Under the pieces are notes generated by a model. The model searched no databases. It worked only from the letters and a program-made list of their open reading frames with translations, and had not been told where the DNA came from. The translations under genes were made by a program, and so were the position numbers. From assembly GCA_918797485.1 (NCBI GenBank), contig CAKKNE010000002.1:4898001-4962000 (forward strand): a stretch of DNA of 64,000 nucleotides. The letters run 5' to 3'. Shown piece after piece: positions 9,733 to 18,764 of the stretch; position 1 is the first letter of the stretch; every line of letters starts with the position of its first letter. Origin of the DNA: Pelagomonas calceolata. Lineage: Eukaryota.

Positions 9733-10968
9733 TTACACGTCCTCCTGGGCCGCGCGGAGGGCCTCGAGGGGGACATTGAGGCGCTTGCAGAACTCTGCGT
9801 CGGTTTTCGAAGTGCTATTGAGGACAATCACGGGATCAGCACCGGCGGCCCGGCAGACTTTGAGGCGCGGTTGGTATCGTTTTGCCAGGCTGTAAGTAAG
9901 AAGGGGCGGCTTTCTTATCACCCGCGCGCGGATATCAACGCAAGCTATTCCCAGCTCTCGTTCGAAGAAACGTAGCTTCGGCTCGAGGTTTTTCTCGATG
10001 TTCAGATGGAGCAGCGTGGGAAGGCTTGTCAACATGCATGTGAGCTCTGCATTGTTCAGATCAAAGCGCGACTGCAGCCAGCGAAGCTTCGGCTCTATGT
10101 TATCCTCGATATTATAACCCAGTAGTGACGGACTTCCAGCCACCATCTTCTTTAGCTGCTCTTCTTCCAAGTCGAGGCGCATCTGCACCCAGTCAAGATT
10201 TGGCTTCATTTTCTTCTCGACGCTGTAGCCCAGCAATTGGGGTTTTATTAATACAGCCTTCCTCAGCTGCGCTGTGTCCAGTCCGAGGCGCGTCTGTAGC
10301 CATGTAAGGGTCGGTTCCATATTCTCCTCGATACTGTAGGCTAGCAGATTTGGTTTTATCAGAAGAATCTTCTTCAGCTGCTCTACGTCCAGGTCCAGGC
10401 GCCTTTGCAGCCACTCTAGCTTCGGCGCCATGTTGTCCTCGATGCTTAAGCCTAGCACCACCGGATTTCGTCCCAGCTTTTTCAGTTCTAAGTCGCGTAG
10501 GTCGAGTGTAGTCTGCAACCACTCCAATTTAGGCGCAAGATTCGCCTCGATGCTGCAACCTAATAGCGGTGGCCGACGTATTAGAAACTTCTTCAGCTCC
10601 GCGTCGCCTAGGTCCAGAGTCGATCGAAACCATTCAAGCGTCGGCGCCAAATTGGTCTCGACGTAGCAACTTAAGAGCGAAGGGGCTCTGAGCACAAATG
10701 TCCTCAGCTCCACGTCACTTAGTTCGAGCTCGGACTGCAGCCAATTGCACACGCAATCGATTTGCGCCCGTGTCAGGCTCTCTGCGGTCCTCGGTAACAG
10801 TTTTCCTTCAGCCTTGGCCGCCTCCTTCGCCGTGCAGCCCAAGGACTGGATGCAGTAATCATAGGCTGCCCCTGAACACACAACGTGGCTGGGCGGCCTG
10901 GCAACCGGCGGAACCAATGCGACCGTCAACGAGAGGTGCAAAACGCATGCCAACCTTGCCATTTTCAC
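9733..10968 (-). CDS. mTERF family protein, probably organelle (plastid) targeted
   Basis: About 8 tandem ~36-aa repeats (PxLLxYSIExNxxPKLxWLQxRLxL), terminal YSLAKRYQPR, and an N-terminal signal-like peptide LACVLHLSLTVA-LVPP. Confidence 0.9.
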   Translation of the reverse strand: MKMARLACVLHLSLTVALVPPVARPPSHVVCSGAAYDYCIQSLGCTAKEAAKAEGKLLPRTAESLTRAQIDCVCNWLQSELELSDVELRTFVLRAPSLLSCYVETNLAPTLEWFRSTLDLGDAELKKFLIRRPPLLGCSIEANLAPKLEWLQTTLDLRDLELKKLGRNPVVLGLSIEDNMAPKLEWLQRRLDLDVEQLKKILLIKPNLLAYSIEENMEPTLTWLQTRLGLDTAQLRKAVLIKPQLLGYSVEKKMKPNLDWVQMRLDLEEEQLKKMVAGSPSLLGYNIEDNIEPKLRWLQSRFDLNNAELTCMLTSLPTLLHLNIEKNLEPKLRFFERELGIACVDIRARVIRKPPLLTYSLAKRYQPRLKVCRAAGADPVIVLNSTSKTDAEFCKRLNVPLEALRAAQEDV

Positions 10969-11013
10969 CCCATCGCGACCGTCCGGGCCAGGATCCCAGC
11001 TTTTGCTGCTCTT

Positions 11014-11037
11014 GCTAGTGCCTTACATGTCGCTAGC
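11014..11037. promoter_or_regulatory. Twin-CTAG upstream motif, copy 3
   Basis: GCTAGTGCCTTACATGTCGCTAGC in the divergent mTERF/NSRP1 gap. Confidence 0.65.
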
Positions 11038-11233
11038 TAATCGCATGCGCTTCATCGACAAAAACGCGTCAGGAGCCACCGCTGAACGCCGACAGACGTG
11101 CTAACTGCGCCTTATTGCTCCTCACAGCCGAGCCAAACCACAGGGCACGGCGCCGCGCCGCGCACAGCCCCACCAGCCCACATCGGCTCACACAAGCTCA
11201 TCGGACAGCGCACGACGCCAGCCGCCGCGAAAA

Positions 11234-12223
11234 ATGTCCTTCTGGTCCCAGAAAACAGCAGCCATCGGCCAGAAGAAGTATGGCCTCGTCAAGAAGCAGG
11301 GGAGCGCCCTCCAGCCCCAAAGCGCCGCCGTCGCCGCGCTGTTCGGAGGTGGCGACGATGATGAACCAAGAGACCAAAAAAAGGAAGTGGCCCAGCAGAT
11401 GCGCGACTTAGGGGCGGCCCAACGTAAAAGAGCCGCAGCACAAGCCGCGCAGGCCGCAGCTGTAGATCCTTCAATATATGATTACGACGGCGTCTACGAC
11501 CAGATGAAAGAGGACGAGCGCAAGAAAATCTCGGCGCGGAGCGGCCTGAGCAATACGAACCACTCCAAACCTGGGGCGAGATATATTGGGAGTCTGAAGC
11601 AAGCCGCGAAAGTGCGAGAACGGGAATTTGACAGAGTCTACGAGCGCCAACTCCTCAAGGAGCAGGAACAAGATAAGGATACATATGGCGACACGGAGCG
11701 CTTCGTCACGGCGGCCTACAAGAAACAGCTCCAAGAAAGCAGAAAGTGGGACGCCGAGGACCGCAGGATGGACGAGGTCGAGGAACGGACCTCGGCCCAG
11801 ACGTCGGGCATGGCCGGCTTCTACTCTAATTTACTTACTAGGAATATTGCCGCGGGCGCGGACGTCGAGAAGGCCGCCGTGTCGTCGTACACGCACGGCT
11901 CGCGGCGGAACGCGTTCGTGGACGAAGGGCCGTCATCGGTCGTGCCACGGCAGGAGGAGGACGCCGCCGCGTCTGCGTTGGCGCGGTTCGACGATGCGGT
12001 GCCGCCGTCGGCGGACGACGAGCGCAAGGCGCGGGCGGCCTTCGCGGCGTCGCGGGGCTACGACGCCGTCGCGGAAAGACTGGCCAAGGTCGAGGACGAG
12101 GAGGTGAAGCCTCCTCCTCCTCCAGTCGTGGAGGCGCCGCAGGTCGCGCCGCAGGACGCGGCCGCGGCGGCGCGCGAGCGGTTTCTCGCGCGGAAGCGCG
12201 AGCGGGCCGCGCGGGGTAAGTGA
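11234..12223 (+). CDS. NSRP1: Nuclear speckle splicing regulatory protein 1 (CCDC55/DUF2040)-like
   Basis: DPSIYDYDGVYDQMK, RYIGSL, ERQLLKEQE..YGDTERFVTAAYKKQL and C-terminal AARERFLARK. Confidence 0.85.
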   Translation: MSFWSQKTAAIGQKKYGLVKKQGSALQPQSAAVAALFGGGDDDEPRDQKKEVAQQMRDLGAAQRKRAAAQAAQAAAVDPSIYDYDGVYDQMKEDERKKISARSGLSNTNHSKPGARYIGSLKQAAKVREREFDRVYERQLLKEQEQDKDTYGDTERFVTAAYKKQLQESRKWDAEDRRMDEVEERTSAQTSGMAGFYSNLLTRNIAAGADVEKAAVSSYTHGSRRNAFVDEGPSSVVPRQEEDAAASALARFDDAVPPSADDERKARAAFAASRGYDAVAERLAKVEDEEVKPPPPPVVEAPQVAPQDAAAAARERFLARKRERAARGK

Positions 12224-12234
12224 GTAGTGTGTGA

Positions 12235-12645
12235 TTATTCTTTCTCTTTCTGTTTCGACACGCGGCGGTACTGCGCGAGGTACGACTGCAGCGGCGGCAC
12301 GTACTCCTCGAACCCCAAATTCTGGAGCGCAAATATCAGGTCGTCGCCGTTGATCGTCTTGCGCTTCTCCTCGGCGCAGCGGCCGGCGGCTTCCTCGGTG
12401 ACGAAGCAGACGAACTCGGACCTGCGCGTCGACGGCGTCAGCTTCGCGCCGTCGGGGCGACGTGTCGCGAACCGGAGTTACCGGACGCCGCGTCGTGACA
12501 GGCTCTCCTGGAGCACCTCCTTCGCGTCCTTCGAGATCTTCTCGTCGGCGGGCAACAAACGTCGCATGATGCGCTGTATGTTCGCGACGGGGAGGAGGCG
12601 GTCCTGTTCGCGGCCCTCGCCGCCCGCCGGGGATTGAGCGCTCAT
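12235..12645 (-). CDS. NFYB: NF-YB / CBF-A histone-fold transcription factor subunit (exons 12645-12500 and 12421-12235; GT-AG intron 12422-12499)
   Basis: Not in the ORF track. Splicing gives [89 protein letters not shown]. The intron has a GCTGAC branch-like site. Confidence 0.9.
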
Positions 12646-12920
12646 CGTTGCCGCGTCCGACTGATCACGAACTCTACTACGCGGCGGCGTGAAGCTCCGA
12701 GGACCGTCGCGCCGATGGCGTGGAGGGCCTTATATCTTTACGCAGCGGCGCGTGCGAAACAGGAGCCTCGACAGCCACTCACCGGTCGACGTTTTCAGAC
12801 AACTCTAGAGAGGCTTGGGTCCTTGGAGTTACGCGGCAGTGTGGATGTCCCGTCTCTCTAGACGCTTTTCGACCCTGAGACTCTCAATGGCCGGCCGTGG
12901 TGCCACTAAAAAAGCGATGA

Positions 12921-12944
12921 ACTAGCGTCCAGTAAGACACTAGC
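12921..12944. promoter_or_regulatory. Twin-CTAG upstream motif, copy 4
   Basis: ACTAGCGTCCAGTAAGACACTAGC in the divergent NF-YB/ALG5 gap. Confidence 0.65.
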
Positions 12945-13048
12945 AAGCCGCCTGGCACGCCAAAAAAATCAGTCCCGGCGCAGCATAGCTGGCCGCAGCC
13001 GTCACATATCACAGGACTCGCGCCCGAACGGAACGCGCTGGAGCAACA

Positions 13049-13963
13049 ATGCTCAAAACCCTCCTAGCCGCCGCGCTGCTCCTCACCCTAATAAAACTTT
13101 TGCTATGGTGCACGGCGCCGCTGCGTTCGAGTAGAGACACGGCGCTGGACGAGGACGCAAGGGAAGCGTGGCTGAAACGGCGACCCAAAGAGCAAGTTCA
13201 GCTCAGTATTATCATTCCGGCCTACGACGAGGCCGAAAGGCTGCCTCCCACGCTGCGGATCATGGAGTTGTATTTAAGAAACAGAAAAAAGGACGATGCG
13301 ACGTTCACCTTCGAGATCATTGTGGTTGATGATGGGTCGAACGACGCCACGGCATCAACAGCGGCCTCGATCGGCGCGCAACTTTTTCCAGAAAACAATC
13401 TGGTGGTTGTTAGACTACCAAAAAACCGGGGCAAGGGCGGCGCCGTCAAGGAGGGTGTCTTGAGGAGTCGGGGTGCCTATGTGTTGTTGGCTGATGCGGA
13501 TGGCGCGACGGACATCCGGGATCATGCTTCATTAGAAGCCCGAGCTTTAGCCGGCGACTGCGCCGTCGTCTGCGGCAGTAGAGCTCACTTGGTGGACACG
13601 GCCGTGGTCGCACGTAGATCTATGATTAGGAATATTCTGATGCGGGGCTTCCACGCGGTTGTGCAAATTGTCGGCGGCGTCGAGGGCGTCCGGGACACGC
13701 AGTGCGGCTTCAAATTGTTTCGGAGGAGGGAGGCGCTGGTGCTGTTCAATCAATTGCATCTGGAACGGTGGGCCTTTGACGTCGAGATCTTGTATGTGGC
13801 TTTGGCGTTGCGGTATCGCGTAGCAGAAGTTCCAGTGACGTGGACCGAGGTGCCGGGCTCGAAGGTCGACCTGGTGCGGGACTCGCTGCGCATGGCGCGG
13901 GACATCGCGTGCGTGCGCCTCGCGTATTTGGGGGGGCTGTGGCGGCTGCCCCAGCATCGTTAA
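13049..13963 (+). CDS. ALG5: Dolichyl-phosphate beta-glucosyltransferase (GT2)
   Basis: LSIIIPAYDEAERLP, VVDDGSND, NRGKGGAV, LADADGAT, GSRAHL, DTQCGFKLF, WAFDVE and WTEVPGSK. Confidence 0.93.
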   Translation: MLKTLLAAALLLTLIKLLLWCTAPLRSSRDTALDEDAREAWLKRRPKEQVQLSIIIPAYDEAERLPPTLRIMELYLRNRKKDDATFTFEIIVVDDGSNDATASTAASIGAQLFPENNLVVVRLPKNRGKGGAVKEGVLRSRGAYVLLADADGATDIRDHASLEARALAGDCAVVCGSRAHLVDTAVVARRSMIRNILMRGFHAVVQIVGGVEGVRDTQCGFKLFRRREALVLFNQLHLERWAFDVEILYVALALRYRVAEVPVTWTEVPGSKVDLVRDSLRMARDIACVRLAYLGGLWRLPQHR

Positions 13964-14044
13964 CCTTAGTGTAGTAGTAGTATCACGTTTCCGCGGCGAT
14001 GGCGTGGTATTCACAGTAATACTTAAAGCACAGCACACCCCCCC

Positions 14045-14668
14045 TCACCGCGCCGCAACCAACGCCAGCGCGCCGAGCCCGCAGTAGAACAAGGACACGG
14101 GCATCGCGACGGCCCAGAAGGCCCAGCGCGGCCCGACCGCCGTCTCCGCTTCATAAAACACGGGGTAGAGCCAGGCGCCCGTCAAACGCTTGTTGACGAG
14201 CTGGAAGAGGTTGTAGAAGGTTGTGTAGCCGCCCACAAACACTAATACGTCCCGCATCGAGCACTGGCCCGCATGTTGGCCGTAGAACGCGTCCAATAAT
14301 GCGGTGGGCAGGGCGAGGCCGTGCTCGAGGTGGTTGGCCAGGGGGATCATCGTATAGCCCTTCTCGATCCAGCGTTTATCCTCGGCGATTTTTTCGGGTA
14401 GAAAATGGTCGAGCCCGTAGTAGTTGATGGTCAATCCAACACCCGCGGCGAAGGCGTAGGGGTAGGCGTGGACCGCGATATATGACTCGGGCCGCACGTG
14501 GCGCAGCGCGTGGTAGAGCGTCAGCAGTATGTTCGACTGGACCGTGAGGAAGGTGATGCGGCCAAAGTACTGGCACGCTTGGGGTTTGCGCTTTTTTGCC
14601 GGGACCATCCACAGCAACCCGCTTGCTACCGCGACGAGGCTTAGGAGGCAGCAGAGGAGGTTGATCAT
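14045..14668 (-). CDS. FAR-17a/AIG1-like multi-pass membrane protein
   Basis: Hydrophobic 207 aa with FGRITFLTVQSN, NHLEHG and GAWLYPVF. Confidence 0.7.
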   Translation of the reverse strand: MINLLCCLLSLVAVASGLLWMVPAKKRKPQACQYFGRITFLTVQSNILLTLYHALRHVRPESYIAVHAYPYAFAAGVGLTINYYGLDHFLPEKIAEDKRWIEKGYTMIPLANHLEHGLALPTALLDAFYGQHAGQCSMRDVLVFVGGYTTFYNLFQLVNKRLTGAWLYPVFYEAETAVGPRWAFWAVAMPVSLFYCGLGALALVAAR

Positions 14669-14902
14669 GGTTGTCCTTGACCCGAGCTTTGCTTAGGGTT
14701 GCTTGCCGTCGGGCCGCGCAGCAGCTGGCGTGTGGGTGCGCTGCTGGTTGCGAGCACAGGGATGGGTTTGGGACGCGCCCACTTGCACACGCAGCGACTG
14801 CGTATACGTGGAGTCCCCTTGCAACGGATAATACGCGCTCGCGGTGCCGTGTTTGAGAGCGACGGCCTCAAAAGCCCGCTCAAAAGCCAGTGACCCCCGG
14901 TT

Positions 14903-14925
14903 GCTAGTGCCTTACTGGAGCTAGC
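14903..14925. promoter_or_regulatory. Twin-CTAG upstream motif, copy 5
   Basis: GCTAGTGCCTTACTGGAGCTAGC in a divergent gap. Confidence 0.65.
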
Positions 14926-15134
14926 TGACTATTTTGGGCCGCTGCAGGCAAACCAAAAAACCTCAGCACACACAGCCCGTAGGTTTGTGTCGCTTCGCAT
15001 TAATCGAGCACGTACTATTTTGCTGGTCTCCCCGCGAGCACGGCTCGAAATACGCCGCCGAGAAGCCGTACAAGGTCCAAGAATCACAAACTCATTTTTG
15101 TGGATAGCTAGGCGGCACGCGGTCAAACACAACC

Positions 15135-15677
15135 ATGCCGAGACCAGGCGACGACCCCACCCCCTACTGGACCGTCGACGACACCAGTAGCGACGCGCAC
15201 ACGAACTACGAGCTCGCAACGTCGATAGCTGTTGCGACGGCCCTAGAACGGCGCCGCCTCCCGCCGGAAGTCGAGCAGCAGATCATGACCTACGCGCGGC
15301 CGACGCTGCCGCGCGACACGGCCGACGAATTGGAGAGAGTCTGGGCGGCCGCGCGCGACGTCGCCGAGCGGGGGCGCTTGGATGGCCGCGGGCCGGCCGA
15401 GAATATTGATATACTGCGCTTCGCGCGGAGCGAGTTTAATAAGCGGCGGGACGTCGTCGAGCTCGGCGGCGTGGACGTGGGGCCGCCCCTACCATTAGAG
15501 GTCGCGCCGGCGTCGGTCGCCGCCGCGGTATTGCTGAGAAGGGCGGGCGTCGAGGTGCGCCTGCGGGGCGCGGGCTCGCGCCGCTGCTTCTACTTCCCGC
15601 AAGTGCGGCGGCTCCACTACCTCTCGCAGGGCACGCGCCAGGAGTGGGACCGCCTCTTCCGCTCCCAGGCCTCCTGA
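15135..15677 (+). CDS. Hypothetical protein
   Basis: 180-aa ATG ORF with coding-like composition; fits the alternating gene layout. Confidence 0.55.
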   Translation: MPRPGDDPTPYWTVDDTSSDAHTNYELATSIAVATALERRRLPPEVEQQIMTYARPTLPRDTADELERVWAAARDVAERGRLDGRGPAENIDILRFARSEFNKRRDVVELGGVDVGPPLPLEVAPASVAAAVLLRRAGVEVRLRGAGSRRCFYFPQVRRLHYLSQGTRQEWDRLFRSQAS

Positions 15678-15725
15678 TCTTTTTGTAAAAACCCTGTTCA
15701 CATATCTTAGACACACCACATGTCC

Positions 15726-16801
15726 TCAGGCCTTGCACGTCTTGTCGGGGAGGCGGTCGACGACGGAGCCGCGCGCGGGGACCTTGGTGCCGCCGGCGAT
15801 GACGTCGCTGTCGGCGGCGACCTGTGTGGGACTCGTTTACGCCATCATGAAGTTTGCTTTCGACGCCGGCCGCCCACGTCCAGGTTCCAGAGCTGGAGCA
15901 GGCCCTTAGAACTTTTATGGACGCAGCCCGTCACGAGGTGGCCGTCGGGGCCGAGGCACATGGCGTGTTCCCGGCCCGCCGCGCTGCCGAACAACGACGC
16001 CGAGAAGCCCGCTAAACTCAAACCGGCGAGGCCCGTCGCCAACCTGTCGCCGCAGACGTGGACCGTGTGCTGTACGCTACATTTGCTCCAGACCTGGACG
16101 TGCTGGCCCTTCGGCAATAATCTGATCACTTTCACCGGAGCGCCGCCCTTCCGGTGGCGCATCAATAACGCGTAGGCCTCGTCCTTGCGACGATGTAAGG
16201 GCGCGATGGCATGCACAAAACCTTGGATGGACGCCAGCTGTTTTATCGTGCCGTCTTGCGGGTAGTAGGCCATCAATCGAGTCCGCGCGTTTTCCACTTC
16301 CGGCGAGTCGTCGTCGCCCTCCACATCTAGACAACCCACCAGGATGCGGTCCCTTTCTCTTTCAGCACAGAGCGCCCGGATCATATTAGCCTCTAGAACG
16401 GGTGCCTCGTCGACCTTATTGCTTTCCAGGTCTACTTTCCAACACGCGCACTTCGTCTTCTTGCCTCTTTCAGCGCCGGCGACGAAGCACGTCTTCGAGT
16501 CCCAGGCACAGACGCTTGTTAAGCGAGGTGGTGTTTGATGGTGTCCTGCGGACGCGGCGCGCTCCACCTGATCAGTTTCGCAGTCCACTTCACATAAATG
16601 ACCCTTGGCGTCGACCACGAGCACCTTCCTCGTTTTGGGGACACACGCTAGCGACTCGGCCTTGACGCCGTCGCCCAGCGGTATCTTCTTGAGGACCTCG
16701 CGCTTGCCTCGGGACACGAGGAAGAGCTCGCCGGCCGTGCTGCTGGAGACGGCCAGGGTGTCGTCGTCGAGGAAGGCTACTCCTTTGACGCCGGCGACCA
16801 T
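15726..16801 (-). CDS. Beta-propeller (WD40-like) hypothetical protein; probable 56-nt intron 15822-15877
   Basis: Beta-strand-rich repeats. Removing GTGGGC...CCCACACAG extends the frame as WNLD-VAADSDVIAGGTKVPARGSVVDRLPDKTCKA*. Confidence 0.6.
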
Positions 16802-17314
16802 TGTTGCTTGTGGGCAGTGCTGGGCAGTTTCTAAGGTGGAGTCTGTGCGGCCCTGCTGCTGCGCGGCGTTTGCGAAACGCGGTTGTCGCAGTGAGAGGAG
16901 TCACTGCGCTTCGCCCGCAGCCTCGTGTGCGCTTATCAGTGATTTAGCCACCCGCAGAGCTGATTGGCTGCAGACCTAGATCAGCAGACTCTCTAGCTCG
17001 CGATTTCCGCCAGACGTCTACAGGACTCCACAGAGGCACCGTAGACCCCGGACTCGTCGCACGAAGCGCTGCGTCTCTCAAACCCGGAGAGCACGCAGCG
17101 CAGCGCCGAGAGGGCAAGGCCGCCAAACAAGCACCACGAGGCACCCGAGGCGTTGTGTGCGCATCCGGGCAGCCTCTCGAGGCTTCGTTAAACGCACATC
17201 CCGCGGGGGCAGCAAACGTTCGCGCTGCTGCTTGCGAGAAACACTTGCACGCTCTCGAGACGCCGCCGCAGACGCGAACACCACACAAGCCGCCCCCGGC
17301 GCCGCGCGACGACC

Positions 17315-18232
17315 ATGAGCGTCCGCGCCCATAAAGCGCGGGACCAGGTCCAGATCACGAAGGTGGCCATCAGTCCTAGCAAAAAGCCGAAGCGAAGACC
17401 CCGGTCCGAGAAGTGGGCGAGGGTCGTCAACAGCCCGCCGAAGACGACGCCGGGCCGCAAGAGCCAGAAGCCCATCCCCTTCCCGGCGCCCATCGAGATG
17501 GACGAGAACCAGTTCCCGCCCCACGACCCCTACGCGGCCGGTTTGGAGGGCAAGTCGCCTTATAGGGATCCCTTCGTGCGAGATCTTCCCGAAGTCACCG
17601 ATGCCGACCGAGCTTTAATTGCCGACTACAAGATCCGCGTGAAGGGCGGGAAAGTCACGGATGAAGCGTATTGGAAGAGCGTCGGTTTTAAAGCTGTTGG
17701 GGACCCCGATGCCATCAGCGAGAAGAAGAAGAAGGACTATGGGTTTGGGGTTCCGAAATGGTCACCGCTCTACACCGGCAAGCAGTCGCCCGCGAAGTCG
17801 CCCGCGAAGCCGTCGTCCGCTCAGAAGACAGCACAAAAAGTTCTTGGAGTACCAGACAATCTCAAGGCTAAGTCAGTGAACCCGAAGCCGGGGGAGCTGT
17901 CGGCGCAGCAGAAGATGAACTACGGCTTCGGCATCCCGCGGTGGTCGCCTTATGCGCCGACTGGCTATCGGGTCAGCAAGGGCAGTGAAAGTCACGAGTA
18001 CGGGTCATATACCAAACACGACTACCTCATCAAGCTCGCGGCGTACCTGCGGGAGCTCGCCATTCAATCCGGCGAAGATTTAAAGATGCAGCTCGACCCA
18101 TCCTTCAAGAGCCTTAAAGAGGCCGAGGAGAAGGCTAAGAGAGAAAAGGAGAACGCGGAGGCCATGGAGCGGCTCTCGCGGGAGGCGTCACGTGAGGCAT
18201 CGGCCGAAAACTCGGGGGCCGAGGAGGCCTAG
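17315..18232 (+). CDS. Hypothetical basic protein with a duplicated YGFG(V/I)P(K/R)WSP motif
   Basis: 305-aa ATG ORF, SPxK-rich. Confidence 0.65.
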   Translation: MSVRAHKARDQVQITKVAISPSKKPKRRPRSEKWARVVNSPPKTTPGRKSQKPIPFPAPIEMDENQFPPHDPYAAGLEGKSPYRDPFVRDLPEVTDADRALIADYKIRVKGGKVTDEAYWKSVGFKAVGDPDAISEKKKKDYGFGVPKWSPLYTGKQSPAKSPAKPSSAQKTAQKVLGVPDNLKAKSVNPKPGELSAQQKMNYGFGIPRWSPYAPTGYRVSKGSESHEYGSYTKHDYLIKLAAYLRELAIQSGEDLKMQLDPSFKSLKEAEEKAKREKENAEAMERLSREASREASAENSGAEEA

Positions 18233-18279
18233 GCAGCGCGCCCGGCGCGTAAGATAATGAGTACAGCCTAAGGAGACAC

Positions 18280-18602
18280 GTCGCGTCGATGGCGTGGGGC
18301 TGAAGTTGGTCCATCAAAAATATTACCCTCGGTCCGCGCGGCGTGCCGGGCGATTCTGGAGCATGGTAAAAAAAAACAGTCGGTCACTGACTGACTGACG
18401 GACTGCCAGTGACTGGTAAAAAAAAAGTCGGTCGTTGATAAATGTAATAGGTCATTATACTTCACCTCAATCGTGGCGACGCTTAACAGGCGCAGAAAAA
18501 TTCCCCGAGCCCTTTTTTAAAAGCCGACCCGAGTAGGGTAAGGTACCAGTACTATAATCCTAATAAAAAAAAATTCAGAAAACAGCCTCGACGCCATCGA
18601 CG
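18280..18602. mobile_element. Putative MITE-like element bounded by introner-related inverted repeats
   Basis: CGTCGATGGCGTGGGGCTG (18284-18302) and CAGCCTCGACGCCATCGACG (18583-18602) form an imperfect inverted repeat around an AT-rich interior with poly-A/T tracts. Confidence 0.45.
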
Positions 18603-18691
18603 AGTACTCAAACGACGAGTGATGCCGAGTAGAGTATTCAAACGACGAGTGATGCCGAGTAGAGTATTCAAACGACGAGTGATACCGAGTA
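18602..18691. repeat. Tandem repeat, 3 x 30 bp
   Basis: GAGTAYTCAAACGACGAGTGATRCCGAGTA at 18602, 18632 and 18662. Confidence 0.95.
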
Positions 18692-18764
18692 ACTCCTTTA
18701 CGCGGGTTCCCATCTACAAGCGAACGTATAAGGGGAGGGGGGGAACACCACGTTCACTCGCCGT

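Noticed and set aside
12227..12637. 136-aa plus-strand ORF
   Set aside because: Antisense shadow of the spliced NF-YB gene.
16976..16996. CTAG-N13-CTAG in a divergent gap as a 13th motif copy
   Set aside because: The spacing and location fit, but the TGYCTTAC core is missing, so it was not counted.
18602..18691. CRISPR array
   Set aside because: The repeats are directly tandem with no unique spacers, there are no cas genes, and the context is eukaryotic.
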